Shown in pieces: positions 56,124-64,000 of a DNA stretch of 64,000 nucleotides; the stretch's first letter is position 1, and the number at the start of each line of letters is the position of its first letter. Under the pieces are notes generated by a model. It had not been told where the DNA came from. It saw only the letters and a program-made list of their open reading frames with translations, and made no database searches. The DNA is from Pseudomonadota bacterium (GTDB lineage Bacteria > Bdellovibrionota_B > Oligoflexia > Oligoflexales > CAIYRB01), in NCBI GenBank assembly GCA_031416315.1, contig JANOTL010000098.1:1-64000 (forward strand), read 5' to 3'. Both the position numbers and the translations under genes were made by a program.

Positions 56124-57298
56124 TACGAACTTTCGGGACGAAGGGCCAGCTGCGCCATCGCCGCTTTAACGCCCGCCCCAAGGCCTTCAGGGCCCCCGCC
56201 CCAGCCTTCTTCCTGAAGCGCGAACTCTAGGGCTGCCACGCCGTCGATGAGATCGAAGCGGTTGACGAAGCCCAGGTGCGCGAAACGGACGATCTTGCCC
56301 TTGAGCTGGTCCTGGCCGCCGGCGAAAAACATCCCGTAACGCTGCCTCAGGCGTTTGCCGAGCTTGCCGCCGTCGACTTTGACCGGGACCGTGAGGGCCG
56401 TCAGGGCGTCGGAAGGCGCGGAATTGGCGAAGAGCTCGAGGCCCATGGCGCCGACCGCGGCGCGACAGGCCCGCGCCAGCCACGCGTGATGGGCGACGAG
56501 GTGGTCGATGCCGATGCGATCGAAGGTCTCGAGCGTCGAGTGGAGCGCCATGATGAGCGTGTGCGCCGGCGTCCAGGCGGAGCGGCCCTCCGCCTGACCT
56601 TTGCGCTCACGCTCGAGGTCGAAGTAGAAACGCGGACGCTTGGAAAGCTTGGTCCAGGCACGCGCGGAGAGCGAAGCGAATGCGAGCCCGGGCGGCAAGC
56701 CGAAGCCTTTTTGACTGCCGGCGACGACGGCGTCGATTTGCCACGCGTCCATTTTCATCATGTGGGCGCCGAGGGACGAGATGCAGTCGACGACGAGGAG
56801 GCCGTCCCAATTTTTGCGGACGGCGGCGGCGATCTCCTGGATCGGGTAGTAGGCGCCGGTCGAGGTCTCGTTCGCTTGCAGGAAGAGGACCTTCGCCTGC
56901 GGCGTGCGCGCGAGCGCCTTGACGACGTCGTCGGGCGTCGGCGCCCGCCCCCATTCGACGCGGAGGACCTCCGCCGGGCATTGATAGGCCGCCGCCAGCT
57001 TCTCCCAGCGCTCGCCGAACTTGCCGCCGTTGACGACGACGACCTGATCGCCGGGCGCGGTCAAATTGACGAAGACCGCCTCCATGGCGCCGGTGCCGGA
57101 GGACGTCAGGATGATCGGATCCTCTTTCGTCCCGAAGATCGGCTTCAAGAGCTCGGTGCAGCGCCGCGAGATTTTGTAGAACTCGTCCGAGCGATGGTAG
57201 ATCGCGGTGTCGCGGGACGCGTCGAGCGCGGCCTGTGGGACCGGGGTCGGGCCGGGACAGAAGATGCGGTCGGTGGTGAAGAGGTCGCGTGTTGCCAT
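56123..57298 (-). CDS. Class-V PLP aminotransferase (alanine-glyoxylate/serine-pyruvate family)
   Basis: PGPTPVP, SSGTGAME, NGGKFGERW, NETSTG, VDCISS, GSQKGFGLPPG, GGQDQLKGK..R..H.G. Confidence 0.95.
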   Translation of the reverse strand: MATRDLFTTDRIFCPGPTPVPQAALDASRDTAIYHRSDEFYKISRRCTELLKPIFGTKEDPIILTSSGTGAMEAVFVNLTAPGDQVVVVNGGKFGERWEKLAAAYQCPAEVLRVEWGRAPTPDDVVKALARTPQAKVLFLQANETSTGAYYPIQEIAAAVRKNWDGLLVVDCISSLGAHMMKMDAWQIDAVVAGSQKGFGLPPGLAFASLSARAWTKLSKRPRFYFDLERERKGQAEGRSAWTPAHTLIMALHSTLETFDRIGIDHLVAHHAWLARACRAAVGAMGLELFANSAPSDALTALTVPVKVDGGKLGKRLRQRYGMFFAGGQDQLKGKIVRFAHLGFVNRFDLIDGVAALEFALQEEGWGGGPEGLGAGVKAAMAQLALRPESS

Positions 57299-57362
57299 GG
57301 GGCGAGAATCGCTGAAGTTCGGGGCGTAAGGAAGAAATAATTTCAGAAAAGGACCAACCCTC

Positions 57363-58394
57363 TCACCGCATCGGCCGCATCGCCAGCCGCCTCACCGCCC
57401 GCGCCATCCTCGGCTCACCCAAAACTTCGACTCCGCGCAAGCGCACGCCGGAAGTGTCGACACCCGGCTGACCGACCACGCCCTCGACCGTAACGCCACC
57501 GCTCGTGAGCGCGTACGTCGGCGCCGTCGCGACCCCGCGGTAGGTAACCGCGCCCGTCCAGTTGTTGAAGGCTAGGTCGAACGCGCCGCTCTTATACCAC
57601 TGGGCGGTATCCTCGTTGCTCTTCACCAGTCCGTTTGTGACGAGTCTTTGCGCGCTGCGCGATGGAGACGAGGCGTAGGCGACGCCGTCGATCTCGGTGA
57701 TCTGGAGGGAGCTGCGCAGAGCGTTGACGCAGCCGTCCTGCCACGCGACGTCGTCCCCCGCAGGCGTGAGCTTGCACGGCGATCCTTCGTCGCGCTGAAT
57801 GGCGTAGGCTGCGTCGAAGACCAAGCGTGCCGTCGCGAGCCTCAGGCTGCCGTCTTCTTGCGGGATTTGGATCGGCTGCTCGGCGTCGAGCGTGAGGTGC
57901 GTGCCGACTAGGAGTTGGATCGGGGAGTTGACGCAGACGTCACTCGGCTCGAGGCTCTTGTCGATCAGCTTGCCGTCGAGCGCGCTTACGTCGCCGTCGG
58001 GGCAGCCGACCCAATAGAGGTAATCGACTGAGGCGGTGTGCACCGTCGAGAACTCGTAGGCGGCGCAGTCTTTGAGGTCGATGGTCTTCTTGATGGTGAA
58101 GTTCGCCTCGTCCGCGCGCCCCTTGAGCGCGGCGAAGGCTTCGTCGACGCAAGTGTCGAAGGACTGCAGGGCCAATGCGGACGGCGTCTTGCTCGTCGCG
58201 TAGAAGTCCTCGGAGTTGTTCATCTCGAACTCGATCGTGTCCTTGTCGAGCGCCGTCGCGCCGTCGACCGTGAGGTCGGCCGCGAGGAAAAGCGCTTTCG
58301 GGGGCGACGGCTCGTGCGTCACTTCTTCCTCCTGGCAGCCAAGGGCCAGGGCCAGCGCCGGCAGAAGGAGGGCGAGCTTGTGGCGACAGGACAT
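57363..58394 (-). CDS. Hypothetical Cys-rich lipoprotein (paralog of 2837..3886)
   Basis: GGAGG RBS, lipobox ALGC; motifs shared with 2837..3886. Confidence 0.75.
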   Translation of the reverse strand: MSCRHKLALLLPALALALGCQEEEVTHEPSPPKALFLAADLTVDGATALDKDTIEFEMNNSEDFYATSKTPSALALQSFDTCVDEAFAALKGRADEANFTIKKTIDLKDCAAYEFSTVHTASVDYLYWVGCPDGDVSALDGKLIDKSLEPSDVCVNSPIQLLVGTHLTLDAEQPIQIPQEDGSLRLATARLVFDAAYAIQRDEGSPCKLTPAGDDVAWQDGCVNALRSSLQITEIDGVAYASSPSRSAQRLVTNGLVKSNEDTAQWYKSGAFDLAFNNWTGAVTYRGVATAPTYALTSGGVTVEGVVGQPGVDTSGVRLRGVEVLGEPRMARAVRRLAMRPMR

Positions 58395-58424
58395 GCGGAG
58401 CCTCCAGTGAGAGGCTCCAGCTTA

Positions 58425-59825
58425 TCAGGTTCCCGCTGGCCGCAAACGCGCTTGAAAGGCGGGCCAGTCGGCGCCGGTCGGGCTCACGAACGGCTTGGCG
58501 GCGCGCGCACCGTAGTTTCCGGCCCGATGGATCTGGTCTCGGTTGAAAATCCGGAAGCAAAAGCTCTGGTAAGGGGTGCGATAATCTCCCGCGTTCGGGA
58601 AGAGCGGGCCGTCTTCATCCGCCCAGCCGGCAACGCGGGTCATCATGCACTGGCTCAGAGTCGCGGAGGTCGGTGGCACCGGGGCTGATACGCCGATCCT
58701 GGCCCAGTCCTCGAGCTGCCACTGCCAGTCGGCGAAGTCGCCGGCGATGACCTCTTCGAAGGCGACGCCGGCCGCGCTCGCGATGCGGTCGCCGATTTCG
58801 TCGGCCGCGAGCTCGCTGGTGTAACGCGCCATGTGCGCGTCGGCGGCCTCGCCCAAGAGCGCGACGGCATTGTCCGTGAGGGGGGCGCGGAGCGAGCGGC
58901 CGCTGAACTCGGCTTTGAGGCGGAGGTCGAGATCCGCGAGCGCCGGCTCGGGGGCCGGCGCGCAAACGCTGGGGCGCGTGTCCTGGCGATACGGATAGGA
59001 TAGCGTCGGATCGCCGGCGTTGCCCCGGGCGAGGTCAGAAGCCATGACGTGCGCCAGCTCGTGGGAAAGCGTCGCAACGAGGTTGCCTTCGGAGTGGCGG
59101 CGCACGCGCCCGCTGAAGATCAGGACGGCGTCGCTCGTCGTCGAGAGCAAGAGCTGGGCGGCCTCGAACGGTGTCTGGAGGGGTGACACGCAGCCCGAGG
59201 AGAGACGGATGCGCAGCTCGGGTTCGGTCTCGAGGCTGAGGTCGCAGGCGGTTTGGTTCGCGTTCAGCCAGTCGATGGCGGGCTTGACCGTTTCCAGCGT
59301 CGTCGGCTCGATCGTGCAGGGAAGGGCGCCTGTCTGAAAGTACTGACCGTAGCCGCCGACCAAGCCGAACGTCGTGGCGCCTGGGGCAGCGCCTTCGCCG
59401 AAGATGACCGGCAGGTTGAAGCAGGAGTAGCCGCCGAGCGCGAACGCGCCGGGTCGATCGTCCTCGATGACGAGGACCTTGGGCGTTTTGCGGCCCTCGA
59501 AGGTCTCCGGAGGGAAGAGGGTCTTCGCCGTCTCATAGACGAGGTCCATGTCGGCCTGAGCGGCGAGGACGATTGGATCGTCGGCGGCCAGGAGCGGGGA
59601 GGTGATGCCTTGCGGTAGGCCCACGGGGAAATCGTCGGTGCTGCGATAGACGACGTCGTCGCCGGGACGACGCGGGCTCGGCGCGTTCGCGCACTCGCCT
59701 GAGGCAAGGGTCCAGGCGCCTGGTTTGAAGGCGGGCGGCAAGGAGGGCGCGTCGTCTTCCTCGCTCCCGCATGCGGCGGTGAGCAGCACAGCGAGACCGA
59801 GACCGGCGCGTCGCAAGGTCCTCAT
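58425..59825 (-). CDS. M48-like zinc metalloprotease lipoprotein
   Basis: Lipobox TAAC; P.AFA, LSHELAH, ELAADEIG. Confidence 0.8.
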   Translation of the reverse strand: MRTLRRAGLGLAVLLTAACGSEEDDAPSLPPAFKPGAWTLASGECANAPSPRRPGDDVVYRSTDDFPVGLPQGITSPLLAADDPIVLAAQADMDLVYETAKTLFPPETFEGRKTPKVLVIEDDRPGAFALGGYSCFNLPVIFGEGAAPGATTFGLVGGYGQYFQTGALPCTIEPTTLETVKPAIDWLNANQTACDLSLETEPELRIRLSSGCVSPLQTPFEAAQLLLSTTSDAVLIFSGRVRRHSEGNLVATLSHELAHVMASDLARGNAGDPTLSYPYRQDTRPSVCAPAPEPALADLDLRLKAEFSGRSLRAPLTDNAVALLGEAADAHMARYTSELAADEIGDRIASAAGVAFEEVIAGDFADWQWQLEDWARIGVSAPVPPTSATLSQCMMTRVAGWADEDGPLFPNAGDYRTPYQSFCFRIFNRDQIHRAGNYGARAAKPFVSPTGADWPAFQARLRPAGT

Positions 59826-61219
59826 GCCGCCTTAGGCTTCACGACCGTGACGACGCCGGGAACCGGCACCGCGACGGTGCGGCCAGGGCGAAGCGTTTTG
59901 ACGTCGAGATCGGGATTCAGCGTCTTGATCTGCTTGATGTCGACCTTGTACTGACGCGCGATGCGGGAGAGCGTGTCGCCCTTCTGGATCGTGTGCATCT
60001 GGACGTCGGTGATCTCGATGAGCGAGAGGCGGCGCTCGACCGCTTGAAACATGTTGGCGTACTTCGACGCGAGGCGCAGCCGGTAGCCGCCTTGACTTGG
60101 CGGCGTGACGTTGCGGATCAGCTCGGGGTTCCATTGCGCGATCGTCTTGTGCGCGACGCCGAGTGCTTGCGCCAACTCGTCGAGACGGACGGGGCGTTGC
60201 ACGACGACCTCCGTGTCCGGCATGAGGTCGACTGGGTTCGCCTGGAAGTCGAAGCCGTGGCTGCGCGCGTCGCTGGCGAGGAGGATCGCTGCCAAAACTT
60301 TGGGCACGTAGCTCTTGGTTTCTCGCGGTAGCAGCGTCGTCTTCGCGATCTTCCAGAAGTCGCGAGTGCCGGCGGCGCGCATCGCCCGCTTCACCTTGCC
60401 CGGGCCGGCGTTGTACGCCGCCATCGCGAGGTACCAGTCGCCGAATTCTTTGTAGAGCGCTTTCAACAGGTTGGCTGCAGCGATCGAGCTCTTGGCCGGA
60501 TCACGGCGCTCGTCGACCCAGTTGTCCATCTTCAGGCCATAGTGTTTCGCGGTGCCGCGCATGAATTGCCAGGTGCCGGTGGCGGCTTTGCGGCTATGGG
60601 CGTTGTTCTTGAATCCGGACTCGACCATGGCGAGGTAGAAGAACTCGATCGGCAGGCCGGCATCCTTCAGGAGCGGTTGGACCAGGGGCTTCACCGACTC
60701 ACCGCGGACGAGCCATCGCATGAACTCCTTGCGCCCCGAGGTCTTGAAGTACTGGATCCAGCGCTCGACGCGCTCGTTGGTGACGACCGGAATGGCGCCG
60801 AAATAGGCAGCTGTGTTGCCCGCGAGGCGGCGCTGCGCGAACAGGAGGGCATCGAGACGCTCCTTGCTCGCGTTCACTTTCGTCGGGCGGTCGGTCTCGA
60901 AGCGCTGGATTAGGTAGCGCGCATAGACGTCGTCAGCGCAGAAGCCGTCCTCGAGGAAGCCGTCAGGGTCGATCCCCGGCTCGGGGTTGGTGACGTCCAC
61001 GGCCAACTCGGTCGCCAACGGCGCGACCTCGGCCGCCAGATCCGTGGTCTCGCCTTCAAGCTCGGCACCGTCATCATTTGATATGATCGCGCTGCCTACG
61101 GATTCAGCAGGCGGTGGCGTTGGCTCGGGCTCGCGCGCCGCGACGGCGCAGGCCGTCAGCAGCACCCCGGCAAAGCTGAGGATGGTCGTGAGCTGAGTGG
61201 TACGCGTCGCGAAAGGCAT
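59822..61219 (-). CDS. mltD: Membrane-bound lytic transglycosylase D-like (SLT + LysM)
   Basis: YLAMVESG, ATGTWQFM..TA, DERRDP, LAMAAYNAG, LPRETKSYVPK, LysM H.IQKGDTLS.IA; start codon uncertain. Confidence 0.92.
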   Translation of the reverse strand: MPFATRTTQLTTILSFAGVLLTACAVAAREPEPTPPPAESVGSAIISNDDGAELEGETTDLAAEVAPLATELAVDVTNPEPGIDPDGFLEDGFCADDVYARYLIQRFETDRPTKVNASKERLDALLFAQRRLAGNTAAYFGAIPVVTNERVERWIQYFKTSGRKEFMRWLVRGESVKPLVQPLLKDAGLPIEFFYLAMVESGFKNNAHSRKAATGTWQFMRGTAKHYGLKMDNWVDERRDPAKSSIAAANLLKALYKEFGDWYLAMAAYNAGPGKVKRAMRAAGTRDFWKIAKTTLLPRETKSYVPKVLAAILLASDARSHGFDFQANPVDLMPDTEVVVQRPVRLDELAQALGVAHKTIAQWNPELIRNVTPPSQGGYRLRLASKYANMFQAVERRLSLIEITDVQMHTIQKGDTLSRIARQYKVDIKQIKTLNPDLDVKTLRPGRTVAVPVPGVVTVVKPKAA

Positions 61220-61312
61220 GGGCAGAAAGGCTCCGAACCCCAAGCCTAGCTCGATCTCATCGGGGGGCACAAGACTTGACAAGCCCTTAATCCCGCACGA
61301 ATTCGGGCTCGA

Positions 61313-62329
61313 TCAGTGCGATCCGAAGGCCGTCAGGATGTAGCGGAAGGACCCCGTGACGGTGATCTTCTGCTTCTTGAAACCATCCGGAAGCGGCGCG
61401 AACGGCGACGCGAGCTTGATCGCTTCGACGATCGCGGTGTCGAGGATCTCATAGCCCGAGCTTTTGATGACGCGCACGCGCGTGGCGGTGCCGTCCTTCG
61501 CGATCGTGAACTCGAGACCAACTTCACCCTGCATGCCGCGACGGCTCGCCTCCATGGGGTAGTTCCACACCAACTCGATCGCTTTGCGCAGGTTGGTGAA
61601 GTAGCCGATGAAGCGGTACTCGGTCGTGTTGATGTCGATGCGGTCGCCTTCTTGGACTTTGTCGTCCACGAAGTCCTGGTAGCCGGCATCGACTTGGCCT
61701 GCGAGGTCGTTGATCTGCGAAGGGAGGAGTGCCTCGTACTCGTTGCGCGGCTTCCTCGGCGCGCTGCCGAAGGCGAGACCGCCTTGGGTCGACCTCACCT
61801 CTGCCGGATTCTTCGGCGTCGGCAGGGTCGGCTCGGAGGGGGGCAAAGGCTTCTGGTCCTTCTTGGGCGGCTCTTTCGGGGGTTTTTGCTCCGCGACCTT
61901 CGGCTTGTCGTTGGCGTCCGGCTTACCCTTCTGTCCGGCGTCAGCCGCCTTCGGGCGCGGGATCTTGTCCGCGATGCGCGTCTCTTTTTTCGCGATGTGG
62001 TCGACGGTGCCGAGGTAGTCGGCTTCTTTCGGCGCCTCGGTCGGCGCTTGCGGCGTCTCCAAGAGCTTCTTCAGCTCCGGGTCGTCCTTCTTCTCTTCCT
62101 CGGGCTTCTTCTCCGGCTCCGGCGCCTTCTTCTTGGGCGGAACCTGGACGATCTTGATCTTCACCTTGTCGCCGTTCCAGCGCGGCGCGGGCTGATGATC
62201 GGTCACGTAGCGACCGAGTTGCACGCCGGAGAGGACGTGGAACAAAGCCGACACGGCCATTGCGGCAAGCAACATCTTGCCGCTGTGGCGTGACCAGGCA
62301 CTCGGTTTCTTTTCAGGCTCGCGGCTCAA
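61313..62329 (-). CDS. tonB: Energy transducer TonB family protein
   Basis: N-terminal TM with S...H, Pro/Lys-rich linker, W.YP..A...G.QG.V, SSG..ILD, ASPFAPLP. Confidence 0.9.
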   Translation of the reverse strand: MSREPEKKPSAWSRHSGKMLLAAMAVSALFHVLSGVQLGRYVTDHQPAPRWNGDKVKIKIVQVPPKKKAPEPEKKPEEEKKDDPELKKLLETPQAPTEAPKEADYLGTVDHIAKKETRIADKIPRPKAADAGQKGKPDANDKPKVAEQKPPKEPPKKDQKPLPPSEPTLPTPKNPAEVRSTQGGLAFGSAPRKPRNEYEALLPSQINDLAGQVDAGYQDFVDDKVQEGDRIDINTTEYRFIGYFTNLRKAIELVWNYPMEASRRGMQGEVGLEFTIAKDGTATRVRVIKSSGYEILDTAIVEAIKLASPFAPLPDGFKKQKITVTGSFRYILTAFGSH

Positions 62330-62413
62330 AGAACCTGGTCTTTCCGGAATGATTTTGTGTAGTGTTCAGGGGTATGTGGGGCAAGGCTTCGGCAGCGGAC
62401 GCCATGCCCCATG

Positions 62414-62440
62414 TTATCGGCAAAACCGGCGCAAATTGAA
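62414..62440 (-). promoter_or_regulatory. Putative sigma28-type promoter upstream of tonB
   Basis: Minus strand TTCAA-N14-GCCGATAA (perfect -10). Confidence 0.55.
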
Positions 62441-62472
62441 GCCCGGAGGCTCCCTTGGCACCCTCTTATACC

Positions 62473-63255
62473 GTGAAATCTTGCGCCATTCGGCTCTTTC
62501 TCGCAATTTTCCCATTGCTACTTTGGGGCTGCGCGGAAAAGGAGTTCGACCCGAACGACGCCGAAAAGTCCTATGGCATTGCCAAAGATCCCTATGATGA
62601 CGGCGCCTATGAGATCGCGGTGCAAAAGCTCGGCGAATTCAAGGCCCGCTTCCCCTACAGCAAGTTCGCCGTCGAGTCGGAGCTCTTGATCGCCAACGCC
62701 CACTACGAGCTCGGCCATTTCACCGAGGCGGCCGTCGCCTACGAGCAGTTCGTGAAGCTGCATCCGAAGCACCCGAAGATCGACTTCGCCATGTTTCGCA
62801 TCGGCGAGGCCTACTGGGAAGACGCCCCCGACGACATCGACCGCGAGCAGGAATTCACCACCCGCGCCGTGCGCGAGTGGGAGAAGCTGATCGCTAAGCT
62901 CCCGGAGAGCCCCTACTCGAAAAAGGCCGTCGTCCTGGTCGCCGAGGGTAAGCGCCGCATCGCGGAGAGCATCGCCTTCATCTTCCGATTCTACTGCAAG
63001 CAGGACTTGCCGCACGCTTGCGCCTACCGCGCCATCCAGCTCGCGGACGAGTATCCAGACCTCTTCGAGCTGCGCGTCGACGCGCTCGAGAACGCCATCG
63101 AAGCGCTCGAGAAGGTGGCGGTCCTGAAGGAGAAAGACCCGGCTAGCGACAAGAATCTCTTCTTCAAGACGATGAGCGCGGCCGAGATCCGGACCAAGGC
63201 GGACAACCTGCGGCGCGGTCTCGCGGACTACAAGAAATCCCTCGGCAAAACCTGA
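62473..63255 (+). CDS. bamD: Outer membrane protein assembly factor BamD
   Basis: Lipobox LWGC; F..RFPYSK.A, Y..F.KLHP.H, D.DRE, P.SPY; start codon uncertain. Confidence 0.88.
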   Translation: MKSCAIRLFLAIFPLLLWGCAEKEFDPNDAEKSYGIAKDPYDDGAYEIAVQKLGEFKARFPYSKFAVESELLIANAHYELGHFTEAAVAYEQFVKLHPKHPKIDFAMFRIGEAYWEDAPDDIDREQEFTTRAVREWEKLIAKLPESPYSKKAVVLVAEGKRRIAESIAFIFRFYCKQDLPHACAYRAIQLADEYPDLFELRVDALENAIEALEKVAVLKEKDPASDKNLFFKTMSAAEIRTKADNLRRGLADYKKSLGKT

Positions 63256-63299
63256 ACCGCTGGAAATTCCGGGGCTTGGCCGGATTCTTTCCGGAAGTC

Positions 63300-63327
63300 T
63301 CAAGTTGGGGCGGCGGCAGGCCGAAAC
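63300..63327 (+). promoter_or_regulatory. Putative sigma28-type promoter
   Basis: TCAAGTT (TCAA-N16-GCCGAAAC), 7 nt before ATG 63335. Confidence 0.55.
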
Positions 63328-63334
63328 GCCCGAC

Positions 63335-64000
63335 ATGCTTAACATAACCAAAATCATCGGCTTCTCCCTCCTGCTCGGCGGCTGCGCTGCCAATGACGCG
63401 GAAACCAAGCCGGCGAAAGCCAACGCCAAACCGACGGCCCCGGCCGTCCCGGACCCCGTTCCTAGCGTCGGGAAGCCGGGGACTGCGGGGGGCGGCATCA
63501 TCCCCTCGGTATCGCCGGCGGATGCGGAAGACGAGCCGGCCGACGTGGCGGCGAACGTCAGCGGCGCTTTCTTGGTCGCCTTATCCTGCGACGTCGTCAA
63601 CGCGAGCGACACCGCGGCCACGCAGACGACCTTCGGCTGCTCGTTGAAAGACGAGCACGGCTTGAACGCAACGGGCAAGGTCGAGCCGCAGAGCGCGAAG
63701 GTCGCGGCGAAAGGTACGAACGAGGTGGCCGAAGCCTCGATCTCCCAGCAGCCAGCAGGCTCGAGCTATCAGTTCGCTTTCGTCGCCGACGGCATCCGCC
63801 CTGGCGCGGCCGCCTCGCTCGCTTTCAAGGTTCTTTATGACGGTGCGGTGCGCGAGTTCATCTACCTCGTTCCCGCGTCGTACTTGACCAAGACGACCGG
63901 CGACATGGACCTCCACGTCGACGGGGCGGGCGGCAACGACAGCGGCCTCTGCGCTGCAGCCGACCCGTGCAAATCCATCGGCCGGGCCGTCTCCCTCGTG
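63335..64000 (+). CDS. Lipoprotein (partial, runs off the right edge; absent from the ORF track) with PADVAANVSGAFL module
   Basis: MLNITKIIGFSLLLGGC lipobox; ...DEPADVAANVSGAFL...; ends LHVDGAGGNDSGLC....PCKSIGRA, a motif typical of the start of beta-helix/DUF1565-like domains. Confidence 0.8.
   Translation, partial: MLNITKIIGFSLLLGGCAANDAETKPAKANAKPTAPAVPDPVPSVGKPGTAGGGIIPSVSPADAEDEPADVAANVSGAFLVALSCDVVNASDTAATQTTFGCSLKDEHGLNATGKVEPQSAKVAAKGTNEVAEASISQQPAGSSYQFAFVADGIRPGAAASLAFKVLYDGAVREFIYLVPASYLTKTTGDMDLHVDGAGGNDSGLCAAADPCKSIGRAVSLV

Overview
High-GC bacterial chromosomal window, mostly core and accessory genes. I found no integrase, transposase, prophage or CRISPR array. Gene content (many Cys-rich lipoproteins, a PopA-like beta-barrel, DUF4360, sigma28-like promoters ahead of non-flagellar genes) suggests a Bdellovibrionota/Oligoflexia-like organism; this is inference. 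Housekeeping genes: asnB-like, mnmD-like, Mtd1-type methylene-THF dehydrogenase plus an FchA-like cyclohydrolase, moeB, acyl-CoA dehydrogenase, hemE, gpmI, mazG, rpsT, rpsR-rpmB, priA, SNF2 helicase, dedA/terC/LysR, clpP, tRNA-Leu(CAG), ABC exporter, etfBA, class-V aminotransferase, mltD, tonB, bamD. The strongest candidates for something new are: (1) two otherwise unrelated lipoproteins 56 kb apart sharing an identical 13-aa motif (PADVAANVSGAFL) and the same sigma28-like, apparently leaderless promoter layout; (2) an uncalled 43-aa highly basic ORF directly after rpmB, a candidate lineage-specific ribosomal protein; (3) a HEAT-repeat protein with a C-terminal HEPN-like RxxxxH domain; (4) a tri-heme, Fn3-stalked lipoprotein cytochrome; (5) a yeast-Mtd1-type monofunctional dehydrogenase translationally coupled to a stand-alone cyclohydrolase; (6) an ice-binding adhesin gene abutting a truncated oxidoreductase. 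All family calls come from motif recognition by eye; no database searches were run.
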